Origin: Candidatus Bathyarchaeia archaeon
GTDB lineage: Archaea > Thermoproteota > Bathyarchaeia > 40CM-2-53-6
Direction of reading: 5' to 3'
Assembly: GCA_050013255.1 (NCBI GenBank)
Contig: JBEKFP010000003.1
Location: forward strand, 218,483-282,482
DNA length: 64,000 nt
Shown piece after piece: positions 8,828-17,811 of the stretch. The notes under the pieces were generated by a model. It did no database searches, had not been told where the DNA came from, and saw only the letters and a list, made by a program, of their open reading frames with translations. Positions within the stretch are counted from its first letter, which is position 1. Each line of letters begins with the position of its first letter. The translations under genes were made by a program, and so were the position numbers.

Positions 8828-9544
8828 ATGAAGACTAACATAATCGCATACTACAGGAAACATGATCCCTTCTCTAGATATCTAACAACCGACAAGCGAA
8901 GGGTGAAACAGATTTATGGGCTTTACACTTCAAACAAACGCCACTTTGGACGCAGAGTCTTAGATATTGCGTGTGGAGGCGGAGTCTTAGGCTTCATAGT
9001 GGAGAGAGAGGGTCGCTCATACACTGGCGTTGACGTTAATCCTGACATGATTTCGTCGGCCAGAACTCATGCAAAGGAGGTCGGGTCAAGAAACCGGTTC
9101 ATCGAAGGAGATGTAACCCAAATGAAAATCGAAGGAAAATTTGACACCATATGCATTCTGGGCAATGCATTATGTCACTTCTCAACGCACGATTTCTCAA
9201 GGATCCTTCAGAACACTGCCGCATGTAGCGAAAGAGGCGCTTACTTCATAGTAGATTATCGAGATATGGTGCGCCTAATGTTTCACAAAAAGTGGAATAT
9301 CAAGAAAAGGCTTGTACAGAAAGAACGGGGAAGAATCAGCACGACAGAGGGTTGTGACACAAGAACCGGGTTCGTTCTAGTAACGACTACAGACCTGCGT
9401 GGAAAGAGCGAAGTCGGATTCGCTCATGCCATATGGTCGCCATTCATTATCACACCCATCATGAATAATCATGGCTGGTCCATGGTAAAGAGAACATTCT
9501 CGAAGAGATTGTCTGAATGGCTCGATATCTACCGAAGAACCTAG
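8828..9544 (+). CDS. Class I SAM-dependent methyltransferase (sole gene between J9 and J10)
   Basis: VLDIACGGG, GVDVNPDMI, FDTI motifs. Confidence 0.9.
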   Translation: MKTNIIAYYRKHDPFSRYLTTDKRRVKQIYGLYTSNKRHFGRRVLDIACGGGVLGFIVEREGRSYTGVDVNPDMISSARTHAKEVGSRNRFIEGDVTQMKIEGKFDTICILGNALCHFSTHDFSRILQNTAACSERGAYFIVDYRDMVRLMFHKKWNIKKRLVQKERGRISTTEGCDTRTGFVLVTTTDLRGKSEVGFAHAIWSPFIITPIMNNHGWSMVKRTFSKRLSEWLDIYRRT

Positions 9545-9573
9545 TTGCCAAAAACGATGAACCGATATTTCTC

Positions 9574-9613
9574 GTGTGTGTGGGTATGCTGGTGCGCCGC
9601 CCCCGCCGCCGCC
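9574..9613. repeat. Junction J10 and left terminal inverted repeat: GTGTGTGTG | GGTATGCTGGTGCG | CCGCCCCCGCCGCCGCC
   Basis: Direct-repeat copy 2 at 9582-9596; TIR 9597-9613 is inverted at 18624-18639 and 20546-20562. Confidence 0.9.
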
Positions 9614-9632
9614 TAGATTAACTTTGTGGTTG

Positions 9633-9760
9633 GAACGACGGTAGGAACCGAACGACGACGGTAGGATTGGAGACGACGGAACGAGTACGACGACGCTAAT
9701 ACGAACGACGGTAGGAACGACGACGACACGCCGATGTTCTATGTTTTATAGGAATTGAAA
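9633..9760. repeat. Left subterminal repeats (GAACGACGGTAGGAAC x2 plus variants)
   Basis: Exact 16-mer at 9633-9648 and 9703-9718; degenerate inverted counterparts at ~18535-18597. Confidence 0.75.
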
Positions 9761-9796
9761 CACGTGGAAGCAACAGCACAGCTAAACTCGCACAAA

Positions 9797-10309
9797 CTAA
9801 AATCGCAGAAGGCTTGCAAGGTATTGAGCAACGGCGAATAGGAAGACGAGAACTACGCCTAGCAAGAATGTCAATAGCGCTTGATAGATTCTTGACTGAG
9901 ATTGCGCCTTGAGTTTCTTCGGGAGACCCGTCACATCTGCGACTAGGTACGCTAGGAGGTAGAGAGGCGGGAATATCAAAAAGAGCGACGCCGCCTTGAG
10001 ATGTGCGAGAGCGACAGTCAAAAATATCGTCACCACATATCCTCCTAATTCTATCGTCATGAGAAACAGCCCCGCTCTAAATATCCAGCAACTTGATGAA
10101 ACGTTGCCCCTCTCACCCTTTGGGGGATAATCCAATGTTTCCCACAACAACAAAACTGCGAGTGCAAAGCTTGTAATTGAAACCAGCTGAACAATTATTT
10201 GGTTACCGAAGTGGGCGAGGACTGCTGAAATGCCGCCGAATACACCAAACGCTTCTAGAAGTTTATCATTAGCTTCAACAAAATCTCGCAGGCTCTTCCT
10301 TTGCTCCAA
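9797..10309 (-). CDS. Hypothetical membrane protein
   Basis: About 5 hydrophobic helices. Confidence 0.6.
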   Translation of the reverse strand: MEQRKSLRDFVEANDKLLEAFGVFGGISAVLAHFGNQIIVQLVSITSFALAVLLLWETLDYPPKGERGNVSSSCWIFRAGLFLMTIELGGYVVTIFLTVALAHLKAASLFLIFPPLYLLAYLVADVTGLPKKLKAQSQSRIYQALLTFLLGVVLVFLFAVAQYLASLLRF

Positions 10310-10425
10310 ATCTTGACGCTCACCAACCTTCGGGATTCGTTATCCACATCGAAGGGATTGCACGAAGGAACTACTTAATCCGTATTCTTGGCCCTTTATT
10401 CTTATCATGCCAGTATGCGTTGACG

Positions 10426-11160
10426 TTAGAAATGTTGTTCCGATGGTTCGGGGCAAAGATGGTGGAGCAATTGGACAACGGTCTTGATCGCTCGTCTGCA
10501 ATCAGATTCGATGACGCTTTTTTCTGTGACTTTTCCGTTCGCAATCATTGGCATTAGGCCTCTGGTCAAGGCCTTCGCATACTTGTCATAATTGCCTGTG
10601 TGCAAGGAAGGATTTCTAATTCTTGAAAGCCAGAGCAAGTCGATTTTCTCTCTCTTCGTCAACGTCCCTTCGCTGGCGAGCCTTCTGACCAACCGCCAAT
10701 ACTGCGCTTCGGAGCCTTTCGCTTTACGCCGGATAACAGATTCGACTACAGCTTGACACATGATAATTGTTGCGTAGTGTGCGCCGTTCATATAGCACGC
10801 CCCAACCTCCGGCAAAAGCAGACTCGTGAGAACGGGGATCCTCCACATTTCGTGAGGAAATTGTTTTCTCAGCCAGCGTGCTCTTCTCTCTTGCTCCAAT
10901 TCAAGTAACCGATCCCGTTCATCAAGATCGTCGGCATAGGGCCGCAATACTCCAGAAAAAGCGAAGGCGTCTGCCCCAGTCCAGTCATAAGGCCCGCTTG
11001 CCCATTCTTCAATGATCTGTTTTCGGCGGTGGAGCAGCGTCTTCGTTCTATTCTTCAATGACCGTTGAACCTCTACACAGGATACCTGTAGAGTTTGTTT
11101 TGGCGGATTACGTAGATTCCTAGATTTTCCTTGGGTATGTGTACCTTGAAGAAGTACCAT
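10426..11160 (-). CDS. DUF4145/HEPN-like protein (true start probably ~11010 or downstream)
   Basis: EVGACYMNGAHYATIIMCQAVVE and Rx4H motif RNPSLH. Confidence 0.6.
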   Translation of the reverse strand: MVLLQGTHTQGKSRNLRNPPKQTLQVSCVEVQRSLKNRTKTLLHRRKQIIEEWASGPYDWTGADAFAFSGVLRPYADDLDERDRLLELEQERRARWLRKQFPHEMWRIPVLTSLLLPEVGACYMNGAHYATIIMCQAVVESVIRRKAKGSEAQYWRLVRRLASEGTLTKREKIDLLWLSRIRNPSLHTGNYDKYAKALTRGLMPMIANGKVTEKSVIESDCRRAIKTVVQLLHHLCPEPSEQHF

Positions 11161-11531
11161 ATGCGCTGTCTTTCACGCCGTGTCCAGGGCGACGCCTTGA
11201 AAACTTCCACACGCTTGTAATCCCACTTACCCGTTTTCCTGTTCCTTGTTGTTCCGAAGCATAACTCTCTGTAAATGAATCCTTGTTCTCTCAGCTTCCT
11301 TTTGACCAAGGCGAGTTTTTCCCTCAGCCTCTTTGAGACGGGTAAATCTTCAGTTCTAGTTGTCTTATTGTATTTGAGGTACCATCTCTTCAGATCGGCT
11401 TCTTCGAAGACTGACTTCGCAACCCGCCGTATCGTGCCGTGTTCGTTTCTAAGCACTAGAACCCTGATAGTACGGCCTTTCACGTGGCGCTCTTCATATT
11501 GTAAGCGCCAGACCTTGAGCTTAGGAATCAA
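11073..11531 (-). CDS. Hypothetical basic protein
   Basis: 152-aa Arg/Lys-rich ORF in the same-strand gene run. Confidence 0.55.
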   Translation of the reverse strand: MIPKLKVWRLQYEERHVKGRTIRVLVLRNEHGTIRRVAKSVFEEADLKRWYLKYNKTTRTEDLPVSKRLREKLALVKRKLREQGFIYRELCFGTTRNRKTGKWDYKRVEVFKASPWTRRERQRIWYFFKVHIPKENLGIYVIRQNKLYRYPV

Positions 11532-11584
11532 CGCTCAAAACCCGTAAACACAGACGACGATAAGGGCGCTGAGAACCGTCTATG

Positions 11585-11905
11585 CTAACTGAGTTTCCTA
11601 CGTGGATGCGATAAACGATATTTCCTGTCGCTCTCACGTCTTTCCGCACGATGTGCTTCCCGATATTTTCTATCACTCTCTCGTCTTTCGGCACGGTGTG
11701 CTTCTCTATATTTCCTATCACTCTCACGTCCTTCTTTACGGCGCGCTTTTCGGTACTTCTCGTCCCTCTCATGTATTTCCGTGCGGTGTCCGTCCCGATA
11801 TTTTCTATGTTCCTCAAGTCTTTCCGCACGGTGCGTTTCTCTATATCTCCTATCGTTTTCTCTTGCCTTTTCAGGATGAAGAGACCGCCAACTTCTCCTT
11901 TTCAT
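11585..11905 (-). CDS. Charged repeat protein (~15-aa DRKYREAHRAERRES repeats)
   Basis: About 6 imperfect tandem repeats, also visible as ~45-bp DNA repeats. Confidence 0.55.
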   Translation of the reverse strand: MKRRSWRSLHPEKARENDRRYRETHRAERLEEHRKYRDGHRTEIHERDEKYRKARRKEGRESDRKYREAHRAERRESDRKYREAHRAERRESDRKYRLSHPRRKLS

Positions 11906-11917
11906 CTAATGCCACGT

Positions 11918-12415
11918 TCAGTGTTTTTCCTCGTGTTTCCAAGTTCTATACTTCAATATGGAAATAATCGCACCTCGGCTGACGCCGTATTCTTTGGCGA
12001 GGGTCCCAAAGCCGACTCCAGCTTTATGGTCTCTCGCATATCTCGCCCGAATTTCGACAACTTGATTCCGAGTTAGCTTATGTGCGGGCGAGTCTTCTCC
12101 TCTGAGACCTCTGGAACGGCCCTTTCTCGCCCTGTCTTCGGCGTTCTCCTTGAGTGTTCCGACAGACAAGTGCGCCGGATTTACGCAAGCACGGTTATCG
12201 CAATGATGCAAAACACACTTTCCTTCGGGTATGCGTCCATATTCGAATTCCCAAGCAACTCGGTGAGCCATAGGCGTATGTCCGCGGTAATGGAATCGGC
12301 CATATCCATCTTGGTTCTTGACACCCATCCAAATCCAACAACCATTATCCTCTTTGCGGACTTTTTCCCAAAAGCGCTCCTTGACAGATGATACCCTCCT
12401 TGGCATGATTCTCAC
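11918..12415 (-). CDS. HNH endonuclease with C-terminal HTH
   Basis: CWIW, AHRVAW, VLHHCDNRACVNPAHL, EN motifs; LAKEYGVS HTH. Confidence 0.9.
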   Translation of the reverse strand: MRIMPRRVSSVKERFWEKVRKEDNGCWIWMGVKNQDGYGRFHYRGHTPMAHRVAWEFEYGRIPEGKCVLHHCDNRACVNPAHLSVGTLKENAEDRARKGRSRGLRGEDSPAHKLTRNQVVEIRARYARDHKAGVGFGTLAKEYGVSRGAIISILKYRTWKHEEKH

Positions 12416-12464
12416 ATGTCCAACATTGCGTCTCTAATCATGCTAGGAACAACTTGCCAATCAA

Positions 12465-12599
12465 TCAATTCTTCAGCCAGAGTTTGATAGCTTCCTCTAA
12501 CGCTTTGATTACTGCACCTTTCTGACCGCCATACTTCTCCACGGCTTTCAGCCTGAACTTCTTCTCTAGCTCTTTGTCAATCTTGCCATACACTACCAA
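12465..12599 (-). CDS. 44-aa ribbon-helix-helix (CopG-like) regulator, divergent from cas1
   Basis: Translated by hand: MVVYGKIDKELEKKFRLKAVEKYGGQKGAVIKALEEAIKLWLKN. Confidence 0.7.
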   Translation of the reverse strand: MVVYGKIDKELEKKFRLKAVEKYGGQKGAVIKALEEAIKLWLKN

Positions 12600-12615
12600 A
12601 CCGTAATCCGCTCAA

Positions 12616-12670
12616 CTTGCTATCTAGATAACAAGCCTTATACGTTTTAGCTTGTGGTCTAGATAACTTG
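12616..12670. promoter_or_regulatory. Paired operator-like sites in the RHH/cas1 divergent promoter
   Basis: Near-palindrome CTTGCTATCTAGATAACAAG (12616-12635) and related CTTGTGGTCTAGATAACTTG (12651-12670). Confidence 0.55.
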
Positions 12671-12696
12671 CGATATAGCATTTCGAGGTTTGAGGC

Positions 12697-13911
12697 ATGA
12701 ACCCGTTACATCTCGGCGGTTTCGGCGTCGAAATTCAAGCAAGCAACCCAAAGCCACACGCCGAACTCATGATTACGAATGGACGGCGAAGCGAAAGCCT
12801 ACCAGAACGCTACCTCTTTCTGCCAAGAAAAATAGTATACGATTCAATCATACTCGAAAACTGTACTGGACATGTTTCACTTTCAGCCTTACGCTGGTTG
12901 AGCAAACACAACATTCCAATCTTCTTCTTAAACTTCGACGGCTCAACCATCAGCAGCATTCTACCACCAACACCAGTTAAAGCGGATTTACGTGCCGCAC
13001 AATTTCAAGCCGCCAACGACCCTGAAAAGAAGTTCAGAATCGCCCACGCGCTGGTAGAAGCGAAGATCGCTAGGAGCATACAGGTTCTAGACTGGTTAGC
13101 TCAGCGTTACGACATACAAAGAGAAGTACAAGTCACAAACGGCGAAGCTGTCAAGCTAGGCGAAGCCTCCACGGTCAATCAACTACGCACCGTTGAGGGC
13201 AGAACGGCGCTTCGATATTGGGAAGCATTCCGCAAAACTCTGCCTGAATCTCTACATTTCGAGGGACGCATGACCACAAGCCACAACAACAACGCCTCCG
13301 ACCCATTCAACGCGGCGCTGAACTATGGCTATGGATACCTGAAAATTATGTGCAGAACGGCGATTAACTCTGTGGGACTAGAGCCCGCCGTAGGCTTCCT
13401 GCATGAACTCAGCTCCACTCAAACAGCAGAAAGCCTAGTCTATGACTTGGAGGAACCATTCAGATGGCTCATAGACCTCTGTGTGATTCAAGCGTTCGAA
13501 ACCGGCAGCCTAGGCTTGGCAGACTTCGCTTTCACCAAAGACAATTACGAATATCGAATTGAGTGGGAAGGTAAGACACGGCTCCGTCAATTGCTGACGG
13601 AGACATTCAATTCAAGAGTAAGGTATGGCGGGCAAGTGTTGAAGTGGGACACCGTAATCGAACAGAAAACCTTGGAACTCAGCCGATACTTGACGGGAAA
13701 GGCGCCCACGTTGGACTTCAATGAACCCGCACCGACGTTAGAAAGACAGGATAACCGAGAAGTCAGAGAAAACATTCTGGCCCTAACACAGTCTGAGGCT
13801 AGGCAACGTGGGATTGGGAAGAGTACGCTTCACTATCTACACAAGAACGCACATGAGCGCAGTTCTTTTAGACTCTATGAGCCTGTAAGACGAAAGCTGT
13901 TGGGCGGTTAA
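12697..13911 (+). CDS. cas1: Solo Cas1 of casposase type with C-terminal HTH
   Basis: VSLSALRWL, VEG, NASDPFNAALNYGY, GLEPAVGFLH, SLVYDLEEPFR; C-terminal GIGKSTLHYL HTH; no cas2 or canonical CRISPR nearby. Confidence 0.95.
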   Translation: MNPLHLGGFGVEIQASNPKPHAELMITNGRRSESLPERYLFLPRKIVYDSIILENCTGHVSLSALRWLSKHNIPIFFLNFDGSTISSILPPTPVKADLRAAQFQAANDPEKKFRIAHALVEAKIARSIQVLDWLAQRYDIQREVQVTNGEAVKLGEASTVNQLRTVEGRTALRYWEAFRKTLPESLHFEGRMTTSHNNNASDPFNAALNYGYGYLKIMCRTAINSVGLEPAVGFLHELSSTQTAESLVYDLEEPFRWLIDLCVIQAFETGSLGLADFAFTKDNYEYRIEWEGKTRLRQLLTETFNSRVRYGGQVLKWDTVIEQKTLELSRYLTGKAPTLDFNEPAPTLERQDNREVRENILALTQSEARQRGIGKSTLHYLHKNAHERSSFRLYEPVRRKLLGG

Positions 13912-13912
13912 T

Positions 13913-14677
13913 TTGAAAGAAGTTTTCCTAAGCCACGCGCACGAAGACAAGGCACTAGCCGGAAAAGTAAAAGAGATTCTCGAAGCGAACGGGGTAAGTG
14001 CGTTCTTGGCTCATATGGACATGGAAGTCTCGGAAGAGTGGAGAACTGAAATATCCCGACACCTTGAGACAAGTTCAGCCCTAATCGCTATCGTGACGTC
14101 GAATTTCGGCAAATCAGCCTGGGCAAACCAAGAAGTTGGAATAGCCTTCGAGAAGAAATTACCGCTAATTCCGTTGATGTTCGACGGAAGCGCGGTTCTG
14201 AAGGGTGTGATCGAAATGTATCAGGGAATCCTTGTTTCCGAAAATAATCTAGTAGATGTGGTAAAGAGCACTATTCCGACAATAAACAAGGGAATCCCTT
14301 CAACCGAGAGAAAATTCTACGATGCCCTAGCAGGCATCCTAAATCGTTTGATACTAAGGTGGCAGACTTACAAGAGCCACCTATCAAACATAAAATGGAC
14401 TCAAGAAGCTATTGAAGAGATTAAGAAGAATCTTCGCAGCGATAGAGAGGAACTTCTCAATTTGGTCTCCAATGCGCCAGAAATCGATTTCGGCGTCAAA
14501 AATCAGACCACAGTTATCATGAGTCAAATTGACGTATTCGCACTCTTCAAAATCAATTTCAACAAGCCCTATGCTGAGACTTACGGCGAATTCCAAGAAT
14601 TAGAGCATAAAGGAGAACAGGTATCTTACACTGCTCAAGCCTTACGCGGTTGGTTGCAAACCGAGAAACTCTCCTAG
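13913..14677 (+). CDS. TIR-domain protein
   Basis: VFLSHAHED and SAWANQEVG (catalytic-type Glu), followed by a helical C-terminal domain. Confidence 0.85.
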   Translation: MKEVFLSHAHEDKALAGKVKEILEANGVSAFLAHMDMEVSEEWRTEISRHLETSSALIAIVTSNFGKSAWANQEVGIAFEKKLPLIPLMFDGSAVLKGVIEMYQGILVSENNLVDVVKSTIPTINKGIPSTERKFYDALAGILNRLILRWQTYKSHLSNIKWTQEAIEEIKKNLRSDREELLNLVSNAPEIDFGVKNQTTVIMSQIDVFALFKINFNKPYAETYGEFQELEHKGEQVSYTAQALRGWLQTEKLS

Positions 14678-14879
14678 CTAGAATGACTCTGAAGTCGTTT
14701 CTCACTTTCGACACGCGCGATTCTTGTCTCAGTGGAGGCGTGGTATAGCTGATGCGCCAACAACCTTTCAGGATTTACTCGAACGTGAAAGAGAAAATGA
14801 GTAATCCGCCCCTTGGGCAGCTGTGATTGAATCGTATACTATACATAAGCCTAGGCTAGTCTAACGTTTAGCAGAAATG

Positions 14880-15386
14880 TCATAATGCAACCTTCTTCTT
14901 CGGCTTACTATGCGGTTTGTATGGCGGTGGGGCTCCAGCATTTCGGCGAGCTTTTCGCATGTTCCACTGTCTGAATCTTCTCTTTCGGGCCTGAATGATC
15001 TTGTTCCTAAACTCGTTACTGTACCAACGTAACAACAGATCAGAGGGCGGCGCTTCTTCACCGTAAGGCTTTGCGCTTAGTTCATGGGCGGCGGCTATTT
15101 TCGCATAAATTTCTTCATCAAGAGGAAAATATGCGTAGTGCACTCCACCATGATACATGATTTTCAACTGCCGACTAGAGAGGTTGTACGTTAAATCGAA
15201 ATGCGGGGTTTGCGACAGTCTACTGAGCGTAACGCAATCTCTATTTTTCTTTCTTCTCTTGTCCAACCCTAGTGTTTCGACTTCTCCCGCAATCTTGAAA
15301 ATTGGTTTACCTGTTTCGTTGTCTAATTCAATTTTCACTTGCTGTTTGCGTGAACCTTTGAGGCCGGTAGCCCTGATGTAACCCAT
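14880..15386 (-). CDS. Hypothetical basic protein
   Basis: 168-aa ORF; no recognised motif. Confidence 0.5.
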   Translation of the reverse strand: MGYIRATGLKGSRKQQVKIELDNETGKPIFKIAGEVETLGLDKRRKKNRDCVTLSRLSQTPHFDLTYNLSSRQLKIMYHGGVHYAYFPLDEEIYAKIAAAHELSAKPYGEEAPPSDLLLRWYSNEFRNKIIQARKRRFRQWNMRKARRNAGAPPPYKPHSKPKKKVAL

Positions 15387-15867
15387 GGACTACGCTCTCT
15401 TGCACTTCTTGAGTCTGAACTCGAAAGTGTACTTCGACGGGTTCCTGTCGATTTTCTTGGCTATGATCTCGGGAACTAGAGTACGGAATTCAATGAGACG
15501 GCTTTCACGGCATGTCAGCGTTGACGTCTCCGCTTGCTGAAGAAGAAGAACAGCCGTGTTACAACTGAAGAAGAAGAAGAATTATGGCGAAATGAAGAAG
15601 AAACTTCTGTATTCAACTCTAATCGCCTTTTCCTCTTATTTGCGGAGCTCTTTACCTGAAAGAAGCTCGAAATAACCTTAGTTTTGAACTGTATAAAAAG
15701 TCTACTGTCCCGCAGTCAGACGACAATACAACACTCGGTGATCGCAAACCTGAGGAAGCAGACCGAGAATAGTCTTGACCCAGCTCCCTCAGGGGAAATG
15801 GCGATTCCAGGTCTATTATTGTCTGCGAGTGGTAAATAAATCTACTTATTTTTGAGTAATAGGTTCG

Positions 15868-16248
15868 GTGCCACCCCTTCTTGAGCACGTATTAAGGGGA
15901 GCGATTTACCCAAAAATGAGTAATTCTAAAATACCTGCGAGCGGGATACGATGGCTGAGTATCCCTATGACCGTTCCCCAGGTCGTTCCATCAGACCTAC
16001 TCTCAAGGAAGGAGCGCGAAGCACCCACAGACACTAAGCAGAGGATAAGCTTCAGGGAACTTGCGGAGCGTCGGATCATCACTAAAGGCCTCAACGGAGC
16101 GGCCGCCTGGTTGAGGGCTAAGGTAGGAGTTTTCCCAATCGATATCGAGATGCAGCAGTGTGGCGATGTCTACGAAATGGTTGTAAAAGTAACATATCGC
16201 CCTTTACCACCAATGCCTGAGGTCGTGTATGAACGTCAGGAATCATAA
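15868..16248 (+). CDS. Hypothetical protein (start probably 15917)
   Basis: ORF only. Confidence 0.4.
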   Translation: MPPLLEHVLRGAIYPKMSNSKIPASGIRWLSIPMTVPQVVPSDLLSRKEREAPTDTKQRISFRELAERRIITKGLNGAAAWLRAKVGVFPIDIEMQQCGDVYEMVVKVTYRPLPPMPEVVYERQES

Positions 16249-16431
16249 CAACAGAACGAAGAACGACTCGGCGCCATAGTTATGTGAATCCGATGATATC
16301 AAATCGAGGCTCAATTCTAACCAACGCTGGCAACAAGTCGATGAGTTCTCTCTCACTGTTCCAAAACGATTCGGCCCAACTCTCATTAGTTCCCCATCTA
16401 CAATTCTAAAGAGGCCTTACAGGCGGTTCCC

Positions 16432-16917
16432 ATGTCAGTGAACGTCACGGAATCGAGTCTTGATCTCAACACACTCTTGAGCAAACTCGGGTATCAACCC
16501 GACCAAATAGGTTCGTTATTGGGTGCTGACGTCCTGATGTTCCCGAAAGACTTGGAATCTGCCGAGTCATCGTTTGATGACAAATCAGTATCCATTAAGA
16601 AGACCATTGAGAAGCAGCTTCGAATTGAGGTGCTGACCAAGCAGGGCGCTAAGTCTCATTACGAAGCTCAAAGAGCCGCAGACATCCTTGTCCCTGCATT
16701 AGTCTTCTTAGGGGTGCAAACTTTTGATATCGGTAAGGGAATAATCACCAGCTGGGTTTATGATAGGTATCTCCAGCTACGCAACCGAGGTCTGACACCA
16801 AGTGTAGCATTGAAGTTCGTTGTGATTGATAAGAAGAAAGGGATTAGGAAGGAAGTAAGCTACGAAGGACCGGCCGAGCAATTGCAAGACACTTTGAAGA
16901 ATCTCAAACTGGATTGA
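16432..16917 (+). CDS. Hypothetical protein coupled to the next gene
   Basis: One hydrophobic segment; 4-bp overlap with the downstream ORF. Confidence 0.6.
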   Translation: MSVNVTESSLDLNTLLSKLGYQPDQIGSLLGADVLMFPKDLESAESSFDDKSVSIKKTIEKQLRIEVLTKQGAKSHYEAQRAADILVPALVFLGVQTFDIGKGIITSWVYDRYLQLRNRGLTPSVALKFVVIDKKKGIRKEVSYEGPAEQLQDTLKNLKLD

Positions 16918-17711
16918 AGTTGCCTAGACTCTCGTCTCTAAGACCCGTTCGACCGCGAACCATCACCGTGCTTTCACCGGAGCAGAGGGAAATTCTTGAG
17001 AAAGGATTGTCTAACGAGGAAAATGGACACCTTGGTAAAGCTGCTAGTCTGTTCCAGTCCCTTTATGAACAGATGCAGAGTGCCAACTCTGAAGTCTCGC
17101 AAGACTCAGCGTGTATGAAAGCGAACGCTGACTTAGTATTAGCCAGACTGGAAATCACCCGCAATCGAGACGAAGCGGAGAAACTGTTCAGAAGCACGAT
17201 ATCGGCTCTAGAAGTTGCGCTAAAGATCGATCCGTACTGGGCGGATTATTTCAATTTACGAGGGAAAATCGTGGCCTACCTGCATACTGATTTCGGCTGC
17301 AAGATAGTTCGTAATAGAGGAGTTTGGGAAATCAAATGTATCGATGTATCTAACGCACTACGAATCCCAGGGATAAGTAGAAGCGAGACTTTTGATCTTG
17401 AGTGCTCAATCTGTAAGAAGGACCCAATGTTTTGTCCGCATGTTTCGGGGGAAGTCTACGATGGCCGCCTAGCTCTAGGCATAGTAAGACATTTGGAAAT
17501 CAAAGAACTTTCAATAATTACGCCGCCACATGTTCCCGAAGAGCGTACAATCGGAATATGGCCTCGACCCTTAACCGACGGCGATATCAGGAAGCTCTAT
17601 TCGGAGAAGACTGCAAGGCAGATAATAGATTCAGGAGTGATTCGTTGCAAGGATCTCGTTAGAATAATTCGTAAGAACAATCTGGGCGGTGTGGAATGGG
17701 TGCAACATTGA
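16914..17711 (+). CDS. Helical-repeat protein with a C-terminal CxxC-x6-CxH metal-binding domain
   Basis: TPR-like N-half; CSICKKDPMFCPH...YDG...ELSI. Confidence 0.55.
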   Translation: MKLPRLSSLRPVRPRTITVLSPEQREILEKGLSNEENGHLGKAASLFQSLYEQMQSANSEVSQDSACMKANADLVLARLEITRNRDEAEKLFRSTISALEVALKIDPYWADYFNLRGKIVAYLHTDFGCKIVRNRGVWEIKCIDVSNALRIPGISRSETFDLECSICKKDPMFCPHVSGEVYDGRLALGIVRHLEIKELSIITPPHVPEERTIGIWPRPLTDGDIRKLYSEKTARQIIDSGVIRCKDLVRIIRKNNLGGVEWVQH

Positions 17712-17811
17712 CGAGCAAACAACAACTCAAGGATTGCAGAGTTAGGCATCTACCGGAAGAAAGCCCACGCTCTTGGCACTGTCTAAATGCAATCCTCTCG
17801 CAATGTACCAA

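Noticed and set aside
11600-11860. 45-bp tandem repeats as a CRISPR or regulatory array
   Set aside because: They are in-frame coding repeats of the 11585-11905 protein, with no unique spacers
15538-15602. GAAGAAGAA runs as iterons or an origin
   Set aside because: Simple trinucleotide low complexity with no supporting replication gene
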